A program made the position numbers and the translations under genes. From a virus (Duplodnaviria > Caudoviricetes), in IMG/VR virus record IMGVR_UViG_3300020202_000091, positions 1 to 52,840 of that record: 52,840 nucleotides of DNA, one strand, 5' to 3'. The notes under the pieces are model-generated. The model was not told where the DNA came from. It did no database searches and worked only from the letters and a program-made list of their open reading frames with translations. Shown piece after piece: positions 1 through 8,181 of the stretch; the first letter of the stretch is position 1; every line of letters begins with the position of its first letter.

Positions 1-2
1 GA

Positions 3-572
3 CCCCTCCGGAGGCTTGACGCCAAAGACGTCATGTACTTCCGAGCCAATACTGCGCAGAACATCTTCCGCTTCCAGCCCGTCGCTATTAATAACAGCGG
101 CCAGGTTGAAGTCGCCGGAATCGGTGACAACACGCAGATTGTTGGCGCGGCTATTGGGTTCTTGGACACGGATAATGCGGCATTGCCGACTTCGATGGAC
201 TCTTTGAATGAGGGGCCGTTTCTCTCCTCTTCGAATGATGGCCTCGTTGCGGTGGCTGCAAATCCTGAGCTTCTTTTCATTCTTGAGGCGGACACCGGCG
301 GTTCGGCAACCATCGGCCAGTCAAACATCGGCAATTCTTGTGGCTTCACGTATTCAGCTACGACGGGCAACACCACCACTGGTATTGCAAACGTCCTTTT
401 GGATGCGTCGGATGCCGCCGCTGATTCTGGCGGTACGTTCAAAATCGTCGGCCTCGCCGGAAACGTTAACCAGGACGGAACCTTCAATACTGGCGGTTCG
501 AACTTTGCGAAAGCTGTCGTAAAGATCAACCATCACCAGCTTGGTCAAGGCTCCTTCTCTGCTGCTGTCTAA
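3..572 (+). CDS. Capsid decoration/cement-like protein, 5' truncated
   Basis: Frame is open from base 3 (PLRRLDAKDVMYF...). Small beta-rich Gly/Ala/Thr protein directly upstream of the major capsid gene. Confidence 0.7.
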   Translation, partial: PLRRLDAKDVMYFRANTAQNIFRFQPVAINNSGQVEVAGIGDNTQIVGAAIGFLDTDNAALPTSMDSLNEGPFLSSSNDGLVAVAANPELLFILEADTGGSATIGQSNIGNSCGFTYSATTGNTTTGIANVLLDASDAAADSGGTFKIVGLAGNVNQDGTFNTGGSNFAKAVVKINHHQLGQGSFSAAV

Positions 573-581
573 GGAGAATCC

Positions 582-1502
582 ATGAATAGAGCTACATTCA
601 ATAAAGTAGTCGTTCCTGGGCTTTTCTCCTTCATGTCGGAGTCTTACAAACCGAAGAGTGGAGAACAGCTCTGGAAGCGACTGGCGAAAATGAAAAAGTC
701 GAAGCGTTCTTTTGAAGAGTCCGCTTACTACGGAGCGCTTGGCCTCGTTCCGCTGAAACCCGAAGGCCAGAACATCGACTACGACGAGATGGTGCAAGGT
801 CCTACCAAACGTTGGTCGCACCGCACCTATGGTCTCGGCGTCCGCATCACGGAAGAGCTTATCGAAGATTCGCTCTACGATGACCTTCCGACTGAAATGG
901 AGTCGATTTCGAGGGAACTCGGCGCATCTGCCAATGAAACCCTGGAAGTCCTTGTCCACGACATCATAAACAGCGGCACAGCGTCAACCTCGCACACAGA
1001 CGGTCTTGGTAACGCCATCTTCTCGACCGGCAAGGCGCGTCTGCGTGGCGGTACGTGGGATAACCTCCTCTCCCCCGCTGCGGACCTGTCTGCGACTTCG
1101 TTGCAGGCGGCTCTCGACCAGTTCGAGAACACCCGTGATGACGCCGGGAAGATCCAGATTATCCGCGCAAAAGAAATCTGGGTAAACCAGGCGCAGGCGT
1201 GGAAAGCGAAGGAGCTGCTTAACTCGGCGTATGACCCCGAATCCGCGAATAACGCGATCAACGCTCTGAAGGAAAGGAATCTTCAGCTTGTTGTTTCGCC
1301 GTTTTTAACGGATACGGATGCGTTCACGCTGATGGCTGATCCGCCCCACTCGAACGGCGGTGTTATCGCCTATATGCGTAGACCTGTTACGTTTGCGCAG
1401 GACGGTGATTTTGAGAACGGCGATGCGAAATTCAAGTGCACGTTCCGCTTCTCCGTTGAAGTCAACAAGCCGAACAATATGTTCCACTCGGCTGGCGCGT
1501 AA
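582..1502 (+). CDS. Major capsid protein (HK97 fold, Mu gpT-like family)
   Basis: AAGGAG RBS; 306 aa; motifs KRSFEES...KPEG...YD...YGLGVRITEELIED and DGDFENGDAKFK; followed by a terminator. Confidence 0.88.
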   Translation: MNRATFNKVVVPGLFSFMSESYKPKSGEQLWKRLAKMKKSKRSFEESAYYGALGLVPLKPEGQNIDYDEMVQGPTKRWSHRTYGLGVRITEELIEDSLYDDLPTEMESISRELGASANETLEVLVHDIINSGTASTSHTDGLGNAIFSTGKARLRGGTWDNLLSPAADLSATSLQAALDQFENTRDDAGKIQIIRAKEIWVNQAQAWKAKELLNSAYDPESANNAINALKERNLQLVVSPFLTDTDAFTLMADPPHSNGGVIAYMRRPVTFAQDGDFENGDAKFKCTFRFSVEVNKPNNMFHSAGA

Positions 1503-1543
1503 TGACACCAAAGAAAGAACGTTTAGGGATGTGTTAAAAATGT

Positions 1544-1584
1544 GGCCGTGAGGTCGGGCAACCACCCGGCTTCACGGTTACTTT
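1544..1584 (+). terminator. Intrinsic terminator after major capsid gene
   Basis: Hairpin GGCCGTGAGGTCGGG-caacca-CCCGGCTTCACGGTT followed by a short T tract. Confidence 0.65.
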
Positions 1585-1630
1585 AAAGCCTCGCCGCACG
1601 TAAAGGCGTGGACGAGCAAAGGAGAATAAA

Positions 1631-2035
1631 TTGCCTCATCAGCCGACAAGACTTCCTTATGGCATCAGTTTCGTTAAACCTGGCGCACCTTCAACCGAAT
1701 ACACATTCACGGCTGGCGATACCACGCCTGACGTTTCATACGGCACTTATTTTATTACCGCTGCGTCTTCTCTCACCATCACCAATTTTGATGGCGGCGA
1801 ACGCGGTAAGGTCATTTTCGTTTATTCGAATTCCGGCAATTCAACCACAATCCAGAACTCGGCTGGCGGTATTCGTATAATTAATATTGTCGGCACCACA
1901 TCTGCCGGTTCTACGGTTGCCTTTACTACTGGTGGCAATGCCACCCTTCTTAATGGCGAAACTGCCATGTTCGCGCATAACGGAACCGATTGGTCTATGG
2001 TTAGCACCAGGTTTGTTCTCTCGACGCAAATCTAA
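1631..2035 (+). CDS. Virion structural protein, Thr/Ser/Gly-rich
   Basis: AAGGAG RBS before a TTG start; position after the capsid gene. Confidence 0.7.
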   Translation: MPHQPTRLPYGISFVKPGAPSTEYTFTAGDTTPDVSYGTYFITAASSLTITNFDGGERGKVIFVYSNSGNSTTIQNSAGGIRIINIVGTTSAGSTVAFTTGGNATLLNGETAMFAHNGTDWSMVSTRFVLSTQI

Positions 2036-2040
2036 TAACC

Positions 2041-2583
2041 ATGGCGAGGAATCGCAAGAATTCCCCGTGGCTCAAAGAAACGTCAGATCGTTCCGGATTT
2101 GATAACTTTGACAGATTCGGTAAAAAACGCTGGCGTTCAGTAAAGCAAGGTGGACTTACACTAGAACCTGAAGAATTTGATACTCCTCCCCCATCCAGTA
2201 AATCGCTGGGTGGGGCGGATGTATCTGGTTCACCAAGAACAAACTCCACATCCACGGCAGTTCCCTCTGTTTCCGCTCAAAAAATACAGTACATAACGGC
2301 AAGCGGTGGAATTCGTCTTTCAAGCCAGCCCTGGCTAATAGTTGCTGGTTCTAACCAGTCTGTAAATATAACAGCTAATCCACAGATACAGCTTGGCGCT
2401 CAGGGTGACGTTGTGGCCGTTCAGTGCGTAGGATCTGGGGTGGTTCTTGAAAATGGAAGCGGTCTTTCTTTAATAGCTGGAAAAACTTTTGTCATGTCCT
2501 CCGGTTCGATCATAACCCTATTTTGCAACAGGACGGACAATCTTTGGGTTGAAACTTCAAGAACTGAAAACGGAGGCATCTAA
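2041..2583 (+). CDS. Virion structural protein
   Basis: N-terminal SDRSGF...EEFD motif typical of post-capsid phage proteins; C-terminal beta-rich domain resembling the 1631-2035 product. Confidence 0.65.
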   Translation: MARNRKNSPWLKETSDRSGFDNFDRFGKKRWRSVKQGGLTLEPEEFDTPPPSSKSLGGADVSGSPRTNSTSTAVPSVSAQKIQYITASGGIRLSSQPWLIVAGSNQSVNITANPQIQLGAQGDVVAVQCVGSGVVLENGSGLSLIAGKTFVMSSGSIITLFCNRTDNLWVETSRTENGGI

Positions 2584-2873
2584 TGAATAGGATCGTTGGG
2601 AATGTAATCATCATTGATTCTGCCATGGGTAATGCTCTTATCCTCACATCAGCCAATCAAGCCGTCAATATTGACACTTTTTTTGTGAACGCAATTGCAT
2701 TGGCTCAGGCAGACACCTCAGCTTCGGTAACGCTAAGCGAATCAAACACATCAAATGTTGTTGTCAAACTTGACAGAAACTTGACCAATATCCCATTCGC
2801 CTCACCACAAAGATTTTCACAACTAAAAGTACCGACGCTTACTGCCGGGACTGCTTTTATATACTTAGCATGA
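2583..2873 (+). CDS. Small virion protein
   Basis: GGAGG RBS; translationally coupled to neighbours. Confidence 0.65.
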   Translation: MNRIVGNVIIIDSAMGNALILTSANQAVNIDTFFVNAIALAQADTSASVTLSESNTSNVVVKLDRNLTNIPFASPQRFSQLKVPTLTAGTAFIYLA

Positions 2874-3169
2874 CAATCTATGAGCATAGAACCTCATTGA
2901 GCACATCAGCCGGACAGGTTTCCACATTTACCCTTCCAATAGAAGACGGTCTTATCCGGCAAATTTATGTTTCAGCGAACACGGCTACAACCGTATTTAG
3001 ACTGAACATGAAGGATAAGAAAAATCTACAAAGGCTGGATTATGGGTTTCATAAGGGGACTCTAAACGAAACGGACCTTGCCATTCCAGTAAAAGGACAA
3101 TGCACCTTTTCGATAACCAACGCCTCCCCAGACGATACTTTTAGCTTTTATTTGGGGGTTGAGGAGTGA
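2870..3169 (+). CDS. Small virion protein
   Basis: ATGA overlap with the previous gene; beta-rich sequence. Confidence 0.65.
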   Translation: MTIYEHRTSLSTSAGQVSTFTLPIEDGLIRQIYVSANTATTVFRLNMKDKKNLQRLDYGFHKGTLNETDLAIPVKGQCTFSITNASPDDTFSFYLGVEE

Positions 3170-3354
3170 TGTGGCCTTTCAAAAAAAAGCAGGATTTCAA
3201 ATACAGCGAACTTGAACTAGCTTCTCTGAAATCATTTATGCGTGGGTTCGAGCTTGGGATTCAAGTCGCCTCAGAACTAGATGATAAAGCTAAAGAAAAA
3301 ATAAAGTCCGAAGCCATAGAAGAGGCCCTTGGGAGATTTCGTGGGAAACATTAG
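3166..3354 (+). CDS. Hypothetical protein
   Basis: GAGGAG RBS; coupled ORF. Confidence 0.55.
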   Translation: MMWPFKKKQDFKYSELELASLKSFMRGFELGIQVASELDDKAKEKIKSEAIEEALGRFRGKH

Positions 3355-3652
3355 ACGCCTCACCGATTTACAACTTGCTTCGATAGGAACTACGAAGGTT
3401 TATTCAATCACAACCTCTGAAATTCTATTTCAAATAAGCTCTGGTAATAGGGCTTTTGAGGCTGGGAATCTCGGTAACTTCAATATCTATTATGGCCAGT
3501 CTTCACTGGCGGCGAATTCCGGTCTTTTTATCTCATCAGCCGGTGGCGCTAAGTTCTGGGACACGATTACAGATAACTTCCAAATGGCTTTTCGCCTTAA
3601 TACAGCCGGTGTCGCCTCGCAACTTATTATCCAGGAGTACGCAGGGAATTGA
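3341..3652 (+). CDS. Small virion protein
   Basis: GGAG RBS before GTG at 3341; coupled to the next gene. Confidence 0.6.
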   Translation: MGNIRRLTDLQLASIGTTKVYSITTSEILFQISSGNRAFEAGNLGNFNIYYGQSSLAANSGLFISSAGGAKFWDTITDNFQMAFRLNTAGVASQLIIQEYAGN

Positions 3653-4830
3653 GCCTAGAAACCCGTCTAAGAGAGACTGGGCCTCGTAATAGCGGCGGCG
3701 GTGGCAGCTCATCGAACTCCGCTGGTTTGGCTGGTACTGGTGGGAATTTTGTAACATTCGCCGCAGACGCCACACTCTCGAATGAGAAGGTTTTAACCGC
3801 TGGTTCTTCCGTAATAATTCGCACAGATTCTACAGCTATCTACATTGATGCACAAACAGGCGGAGGATCGTCAGTTATTTACGCCCCGACTGGTGGAAAT
3901 TACATTGCTTTTGCTGCCGACGCAAACCTCTCAAACGAGAAAATTCTTACAGCCGGATCATCTGTAACGGTTCATACAGATTCGACGGCTTTTTATATTA
4001 ACGCCATTACGAGTCTTTTTTCTGGGACTGCTGGTTTGGCTGGCACTGGCCCTTTCTACCTTCTGCATACATCTGGAAATGGTACCCTTCCACAAAGCAA
4101 AAGAATAGCCGCCGGATCGTCTGTCACAACACATACGGACTCAACCACTTTTTATATAAACGCAGTGACAAGTTTGTTTTCTGGAAGCGCTGGTCTCGCT
4201 GGAACAGGAGCTTTTTATGTTACTTATCTCGCAGATTCCACATTATCCAACGAAAAGGTTTTAACGGCTGGTTCGTCTGTAACTATTCGCACAGACGCCA
4301 CGGCAATATATATAAGCGCCCAAACTGGCGGTGGTAGTACGTCCAAAGCCACATATCAACTTCTCCCACAACAAGCAAAGCTTTATGCCAACGACTCCTC
4401 TGCAAGAATAGATGCGGGATCTGGTTTTTGGAGACTACTTTTCTCGCCAACCACCCAGCAATACGGTCAATGGATGTTTATGCTCCCACAAGATTATAGC
4501 TCAAGCCCGTATGTGAGAATTATGTACGGCGCTGATTCAACAATAGCGGTTGCGCGTTCTATTAGTTGGATTGTTACTCAGTGGGGCGTTTCGCCAAACC
4601 AAGCTAGAGCTGGTGGTTATTACACAGATACGTTCGGTGGAGCGAATACGGTTTCAATAGCCCTATCAGCAGGCTATTCATCTGGCGTTGTCCAGCAGCT
4701 TACAGTTCCACTTGCTTCTATAGTTTCTCTCGGCGTAGGAAATCTCGTAAAACTTAGAATTTCTGGTTCTGGCGGTGCTATGGGGAACGCAGAGCTTTTG
4801 GGCGCTACTTTGGAGTACACAAAACAGTAA
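3649..4830 (+). CDS. Tail fibre/whisker-like protein with four internal repeats and a C-terminal beta-sandwich
   Basis: Four ~50 aa repeats (GLAGTG...ADxTLSNEKVLTAGSSV...TDSTA.YI.A); very Ser/Thr/Gly/Ala-rich. Confidence 0.75.
   Translation: MSLETRLRETGPRNSGGGGSSSNSAGLAGTGGNFVTFAADATLSNEKVLTAGSSVIIRTDSTAIYIDAQTGGGSSVIYAPTGGNYIAFAADANLSNEKILTAGSSVTVHTDSTAFYINAITSLFSGTAGLAGTGPFYLLHTSGNGTLPQSKRIAAGSSVTTHTDSTTFYINAVTSLFSGSAGLAGTGAFYVTYLADSTLSNEKVLTAGSSVTIRTDATAIYISAQTGGGSTSKATYQLLPQQAKLYANDSSARIDAGSGFWRLLFSPTTQQYGQWMFMLPQDYSSSPYVRIMYGADSTIAVARSISWIVTQWGVSPNQARAGGYYTDTFGGANTVSIALSAGYSSGVVQQLTVPLASIVSLGVGNLVKLRISGSGGAMGNAELLGATLEYTKQ
3724..4340 (+). repeat. Four tandem ~150 bp coding repeats in the fibre gene
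   Basis: Visible in protein and DNA, e.g. GCTGGTTTGGCTGG at 3721 and 4030. Confidence 0.85.
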
Positions 4831-5513
4831 TGGGCATCTTATTCGATGCTTCGGATGATAATGTAACGATAAATACCCAAATCGCCAGGCAGAGCACTGC
4901 GAATTGGTCCATATCAATTTGGTACAAGGGCACCGATGGGACGTTAAATGGTGATTTCGGGAAAACACTTCTAGGTAGAAACAACGGGGATATATTTGCA
5001 AATTTAGTTATTAGGAGCGGCCTTTTTGAGTTCATCCATTTCAATGGGGCGTGGGCTCATAACGTAACTTCCCTTACATCTGTTATTGATAATAAATTTC
5101 ATCATCTTCTTATAGCAAATAGTGCTAACGCCACAGCTAATCTTTATGTTGATGGAGTTCGTGAGGCAACAGCCCAGTCAACAGCTATTAGCAACTCTTC
5201 GTTTCCATACAGAATAGATGGGTTTATGGTTGGGTTCAATAGTCAGTTTACTGGTGGAGTAATCGATGAAATAACAATTTGGGATGATTTTTTGAATGAT
5301 TCCGAGGCATCCATTCTTGGGAAATCAAGAATTAGGGGTGTTTCGTTGATGGTTAGGCCGTCAAGCATAAATTCTTATTGGCAATTGAATGACGGGTCGG
5401 ATGGTGTTACGGCAACCGGATCAAACACAGTGTGGAATAGAAAAGGAACGAACCATGGCACTCCAAACAATAGTCCAAAGTGGATATCTGACACAGCCAT
5501 GAGCTACCAATGA
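4830..5513 (+). CDS. LamG/concanavalin A-like domain tail protein
   Basis: WSISIWYK...FHHL...LYVDG...FTGGVIDEITIWD...L..SE pattern. Confidence 0.85.
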   Translation: MGILFDASDDNVTINTQIARQSTANWSISIWYKGTDGTLNGDFGKTLLGRNNGDIFANLVIRSGLFEFIHFNGAWAHNVTSLTSVIDNKFHHLLIANSANATANLYVDGVREATAQSTAISNSSFPYRIDGFMVGFNSQFTGGVIDEITIWDDFLNDSEASILGKSRIRGVSLMVRPSSINSYWQLNDGSDGVTATGSNTVWNRKGTNHGTPNNSPKWISDTAMSYQ

Positions 5514-5776
5514 GTTACGACGGTCCTGAAAGGAGAAAGGTTAATAGCGTGTTTACCAAAGAAGAAAAGGAAACATTACTTCAGAATGTGAAAGACATTA
5601 AAATCATTTTGACTGGAAATGGTCATCCAGAAAACGGCCTTGTATACAAAAGCCAAAAGAATACGGACTTCAGGCTTTTCTGGGAAAAGTTTGGTTGGCT
5701 TATATTGGCGGCAATTGCAACGCCGTCTTGCGCTGTTGTTGTAATGAGTCTTTTTAATTCAATGAAAGGAGCATAA
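5510..5776 (+). CDS. Small membrane protein, possibly holin-associated
   Basis: YDGPERR N-terminus, LTGNG..GL motif, one C-terminal transmembrane segment. Confidence 0.6.
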   Translation: MSYDGPERRKVNSVFTKEEKETLLQNVKDIKIILTGNGHPENGLVYKSQKNTDFRLFWEKFGWLILAAIATPSCAVVVMSLFNSMKGA

Positions 5777-5778
5777 AC

Positions 5779-5880
5779 ATGGAATGGATTTGCAGTCATC
5801 TTGTCGCGTTCGCTTTGGGTGGCCTTCTCTGGCCTTGGGTTATATCACAACTTCAAAAGTTCTTTAATAAAAATGACTAA
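5779..5880 (+). CDS. 33 aa single-TM protein (not in ORF track)
   Basis: AAGGAG RBS; MEWICSHLVAFALGGLLWPWVISQLQKFFNKND; overlaps the next start codon. Confidence 0.65.
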   Translation: MEWICSHLVAFALGGLLWPWVISQLQKFFNKND

Positions 5881-6178
5881 AAAAGGCGAAGACAACCTCA
5901 GTCTAAAAAAATGGCTTAAGGGTTTTTTATCAGTAAAAAACATAGCCAAGGCAATTGTATTTGGGCTTCTATTCATGGGTGTCCAGTACATTGCTGGGGC
6001 TGTTTGGAACAGGGCGGTACCGCATAAGTCTGAATCGAAGATAGAGTCTAACGCGGGGACAATAAACCAGCACGATTCGCACGCAACAACGTCCGTTGTG
6101 CATAACCACTTCCCGCTTTCTGACATATTCTCGAACATTCTTTCTTTTGGCGCAAAGAACAAGGTGGAAAGTGACTGA
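5873..6178 (+). CDS. Single-TM membrane protein
   Basis: ATG at 5873 coupled to the previous stop; hydrophobic segment IAKAIVFGLLFMGVQYIAGAVW. Confidence 0.6.
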   Translation: MTKKGEDNLSLKKWLKGFLSVKNIAKAIVFGLLFMGVQYIAGAVWNRAVPHKSESKIESNAGTINQHDSHATTSVVHNHFPLSDIFSNILSFGAKNKVESD

Positions 6179-6326
6179 AACAAAAGAAGCTAAGCATAAA
6201 AGGGTAAAAACATACGACGTTCTGGATGAGTTGAACGTCCTCGATAACAAGGTTTGGAAGCGTCTTCACTCAAAAGAAGTACGCGACCAGTTCAAAAAGG
6301 TAAAAAATCTATTAAAAGAATTGTAG
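6171..6326 (+). CDS. Hypothetical protein
   Basis: GTG start after AAGGTGG; fills the gap between coupled genes. Confidence 0.5.
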   Translation: MTETKEAKHKRVKTYDVLDELNVLDNKVWKRLHSKEVRDQFKKVKNLLKEL

Positions 6327-7066
6327 TATTTCCAGATTGCCACGCCCCAAACCAAGACAGACTTTCTGTATGGTCGTGCCTTCAGTTTATAAAGCACTAT
6401 AAACCGACACATTTTATCCAGCTTGGTGATCTGTGCGACTGGGACTCTCTATCAGTCCATGAAGCTAGGCGCGAATCTGACCTCACAGACATCAATCTTG
6501 AGATACGCGAGGCCAACAACCTTTTGGACGAAATCGAGGCCGTACTGCCGAAAAAATGCGAAAAAACACTAGTTGGCGGGAACCATGAGGCGCGGTATGC
6601 CCGTTTTTCTGTCTCAAACCGCCATGACACCAGGGTAAGGCAGCTTCACGACTTCACCACATGGGAGAACGAGTATGGCCTTTCTAAGCGCGGCTGGAGG
6701 TGGTGTCAGTACGGAGAATACTACGAACTGGGAAAGATAATTTTTACTCACGGGTGGTTTTCTTCTGGAAACCACGCGCAAAGACATCTTGGCCTTTATC
6801 ACAAAAACATAATTTACGGGCATACCCACCAATTCCAGGTGGCTACTTCGGTTGGCCTTGACGGGCATCCAGTTATGGCGGCGTCAATCGGGACTCTTTC
6901 GAAAATGGCCCTCTCCTATCTCGTTGGAAAGCCGCCTGTCAATTGGATACATATGTTTGCTTACATAGACATGCACGATAACGGAACATTTTCTCCTCAT
7001 TTTGTGCCAATAGTAAATGGAAGGTTTTTTGAACTTGGGAAAGTCTTTGAACCAAAGGGAATCTAA
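6254..7066 (+). CDS. Calcineurin-like metallophosphoesterase
   Basis: DCH, GDLCD, GNHE, HG and GHTH motifs. Confidence 0.9.
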   Translation: MEASSLKRSTRPVQKGKKSIKRIVVFPDCHAPNQDRLSVWSCLQFIKHYKPTHFIQLGDLCDWDSLSVHEARRESDLTDINLEIREANNLLDEIEAVLPKKCEKTLVGGNHEARYARFSVSNRHDTRVRQLHDFTTWENEYGLSKRGWRWCQYGEYYELGKIIFTHGWFSSGNHAQRHLGLYHKNIIYGHTHQFQVATSVGLDGHPVMAASIGTLSKMALSYLVGKPPVNWIHMFAYIDMHDNGTFSPHFVPIVNGRFFELGKVFEPKGI

Positions 7067-8181
7067 TGGCTAAAAACATAGATGCTATTCCATTCACCGA
7101 ACTTGTAGAGAGAAGCCAGGAAATAGGCCGCGAAAGGGCGAGCAAGGATTCCTACGTAAGGGGCATCGTAAATGATGTTTATACAAAGGAAATTCCACGC
7201 AAGGAAGACTGGGCGTTCCTTTTAGTTAATTCCACAATTACTCTCACCATGGAATATGCGACTGGAACGGTATCGGCAAACACTGGCGATACGGTGCTCT
7301 CTTTCTCTTCCGACGTCACAATTGATTCGTCAATGATTGGTAGAATAATAAAAATAATAGGTAATGATTACGTCTATAAGATAAACGGCATGTCGGGCAC
7401 AACTGGAGCAACAATTCAGCCGCCAATCTCCGGCGACACAAACATCACCAGCGCTTCTTATTCAATAATGCAGCCATTTTATTCCTTGCCACAAGATTTT
7501 GATAGGTTTCCAAAGAATGGTGGGCTGGTTGATTTTGTTGGTGGACGCGAAAAGATAATACCTGAGAAACCTTATCAAGAATGGTCATCCGAGGCAAATT
7601 ACACAGCAACAGAAAATCCAGAGTTTTGCCGGATCATAGGAACCGATACCGCAGGGAACCAAATTTTAGAAGTTAATCCACCTCCCAAAATTTCAAAGTC
7701 AGTCAAGAACGACTACTTTATGAGACCAAAGCCAATGAGAGAAACCACCGCTGGGCTTATAGGCTCTGTTTCTGCTTCCGGAACCTCAGTTATTGGCGAT
7801 TCAAATACTAGGTTCACAGAGGCTACAACTGGAGACTATTTTAGGATCGATAATTTTGGTGTTGGGGCGGATTCAGAGTGGTATAGGATTATCGCAATAA
7901 GTGGAAATTCAGGGCTTACGCTACAAACAGCATTCGGTCTTTCTGGGGCAACCTCTGCAAATTACACGATTTGTTCCGCCCCACAAATGCCTTCAAGGAT
8001 GCACCCCGCCATTCTTTATGGATCAGTTCTTCAGTTGACAGCAGACCAAGACGATCCTATGTACACCGCATATAACGTCAAGCTCGCTGAGGTGCTCTCG
8101 GATGGTAAGAAGGTTTATAAAACGAGGAACTACCAGCAAGACATCCATCACCTTGGCGAGGATTATCTTTACCGCAGATGA
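7066..8181 (+). CDS. Head-tail adaptor (tail tubular A-like) with two inserted beta domains
   Basis: Helical N-terminus with DWAFL, YSLPQDFDR, VNPPP and helical C-terminus; lies before a nozzle-sized gene. Confidence 0.7.
   Translation: MAKNIDAIPFTELVERSQEIGRERASKDSYVRGIVNDVYTKEIPRKEDWAFLLVNSTITLTMEYATGTVSANTGDTVLSFSSDVTIDSSMIGRIIKIIGNDYVYKINGMSGTTGATIQPPISGDTNITSASYSIMQPFYSLPQDFDRFPKNGGLVDFVGGREKIIPEKPYQEWSSEANYTATENPEFCRIIGTDTAGNQILEVNPPPKISKSVKNDYFMRPKPMRETTAGLIGSVSASGTSVIGDSNTRFTEATTGDYFRIDNFGVGADSEWYRIIAISGNSGLTLQTAFGLSGATSANYTICSAPQMPSRMHPAILYGSVLQLTADQDDPMYTAYNVKLAEVLSDGKKVYKTRNYQQDIHHLGEDYLYRR

Noticed and set aside
354-959. 201 aa minus-strand ORF, and similar antisense ORFs such as 8078-8599, 11863-12345, 33911-34390 and 37246-37590
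   Set aside because: They are shadows of well-supported genes or RNA structures on the other strand, with no recognisable motifs.
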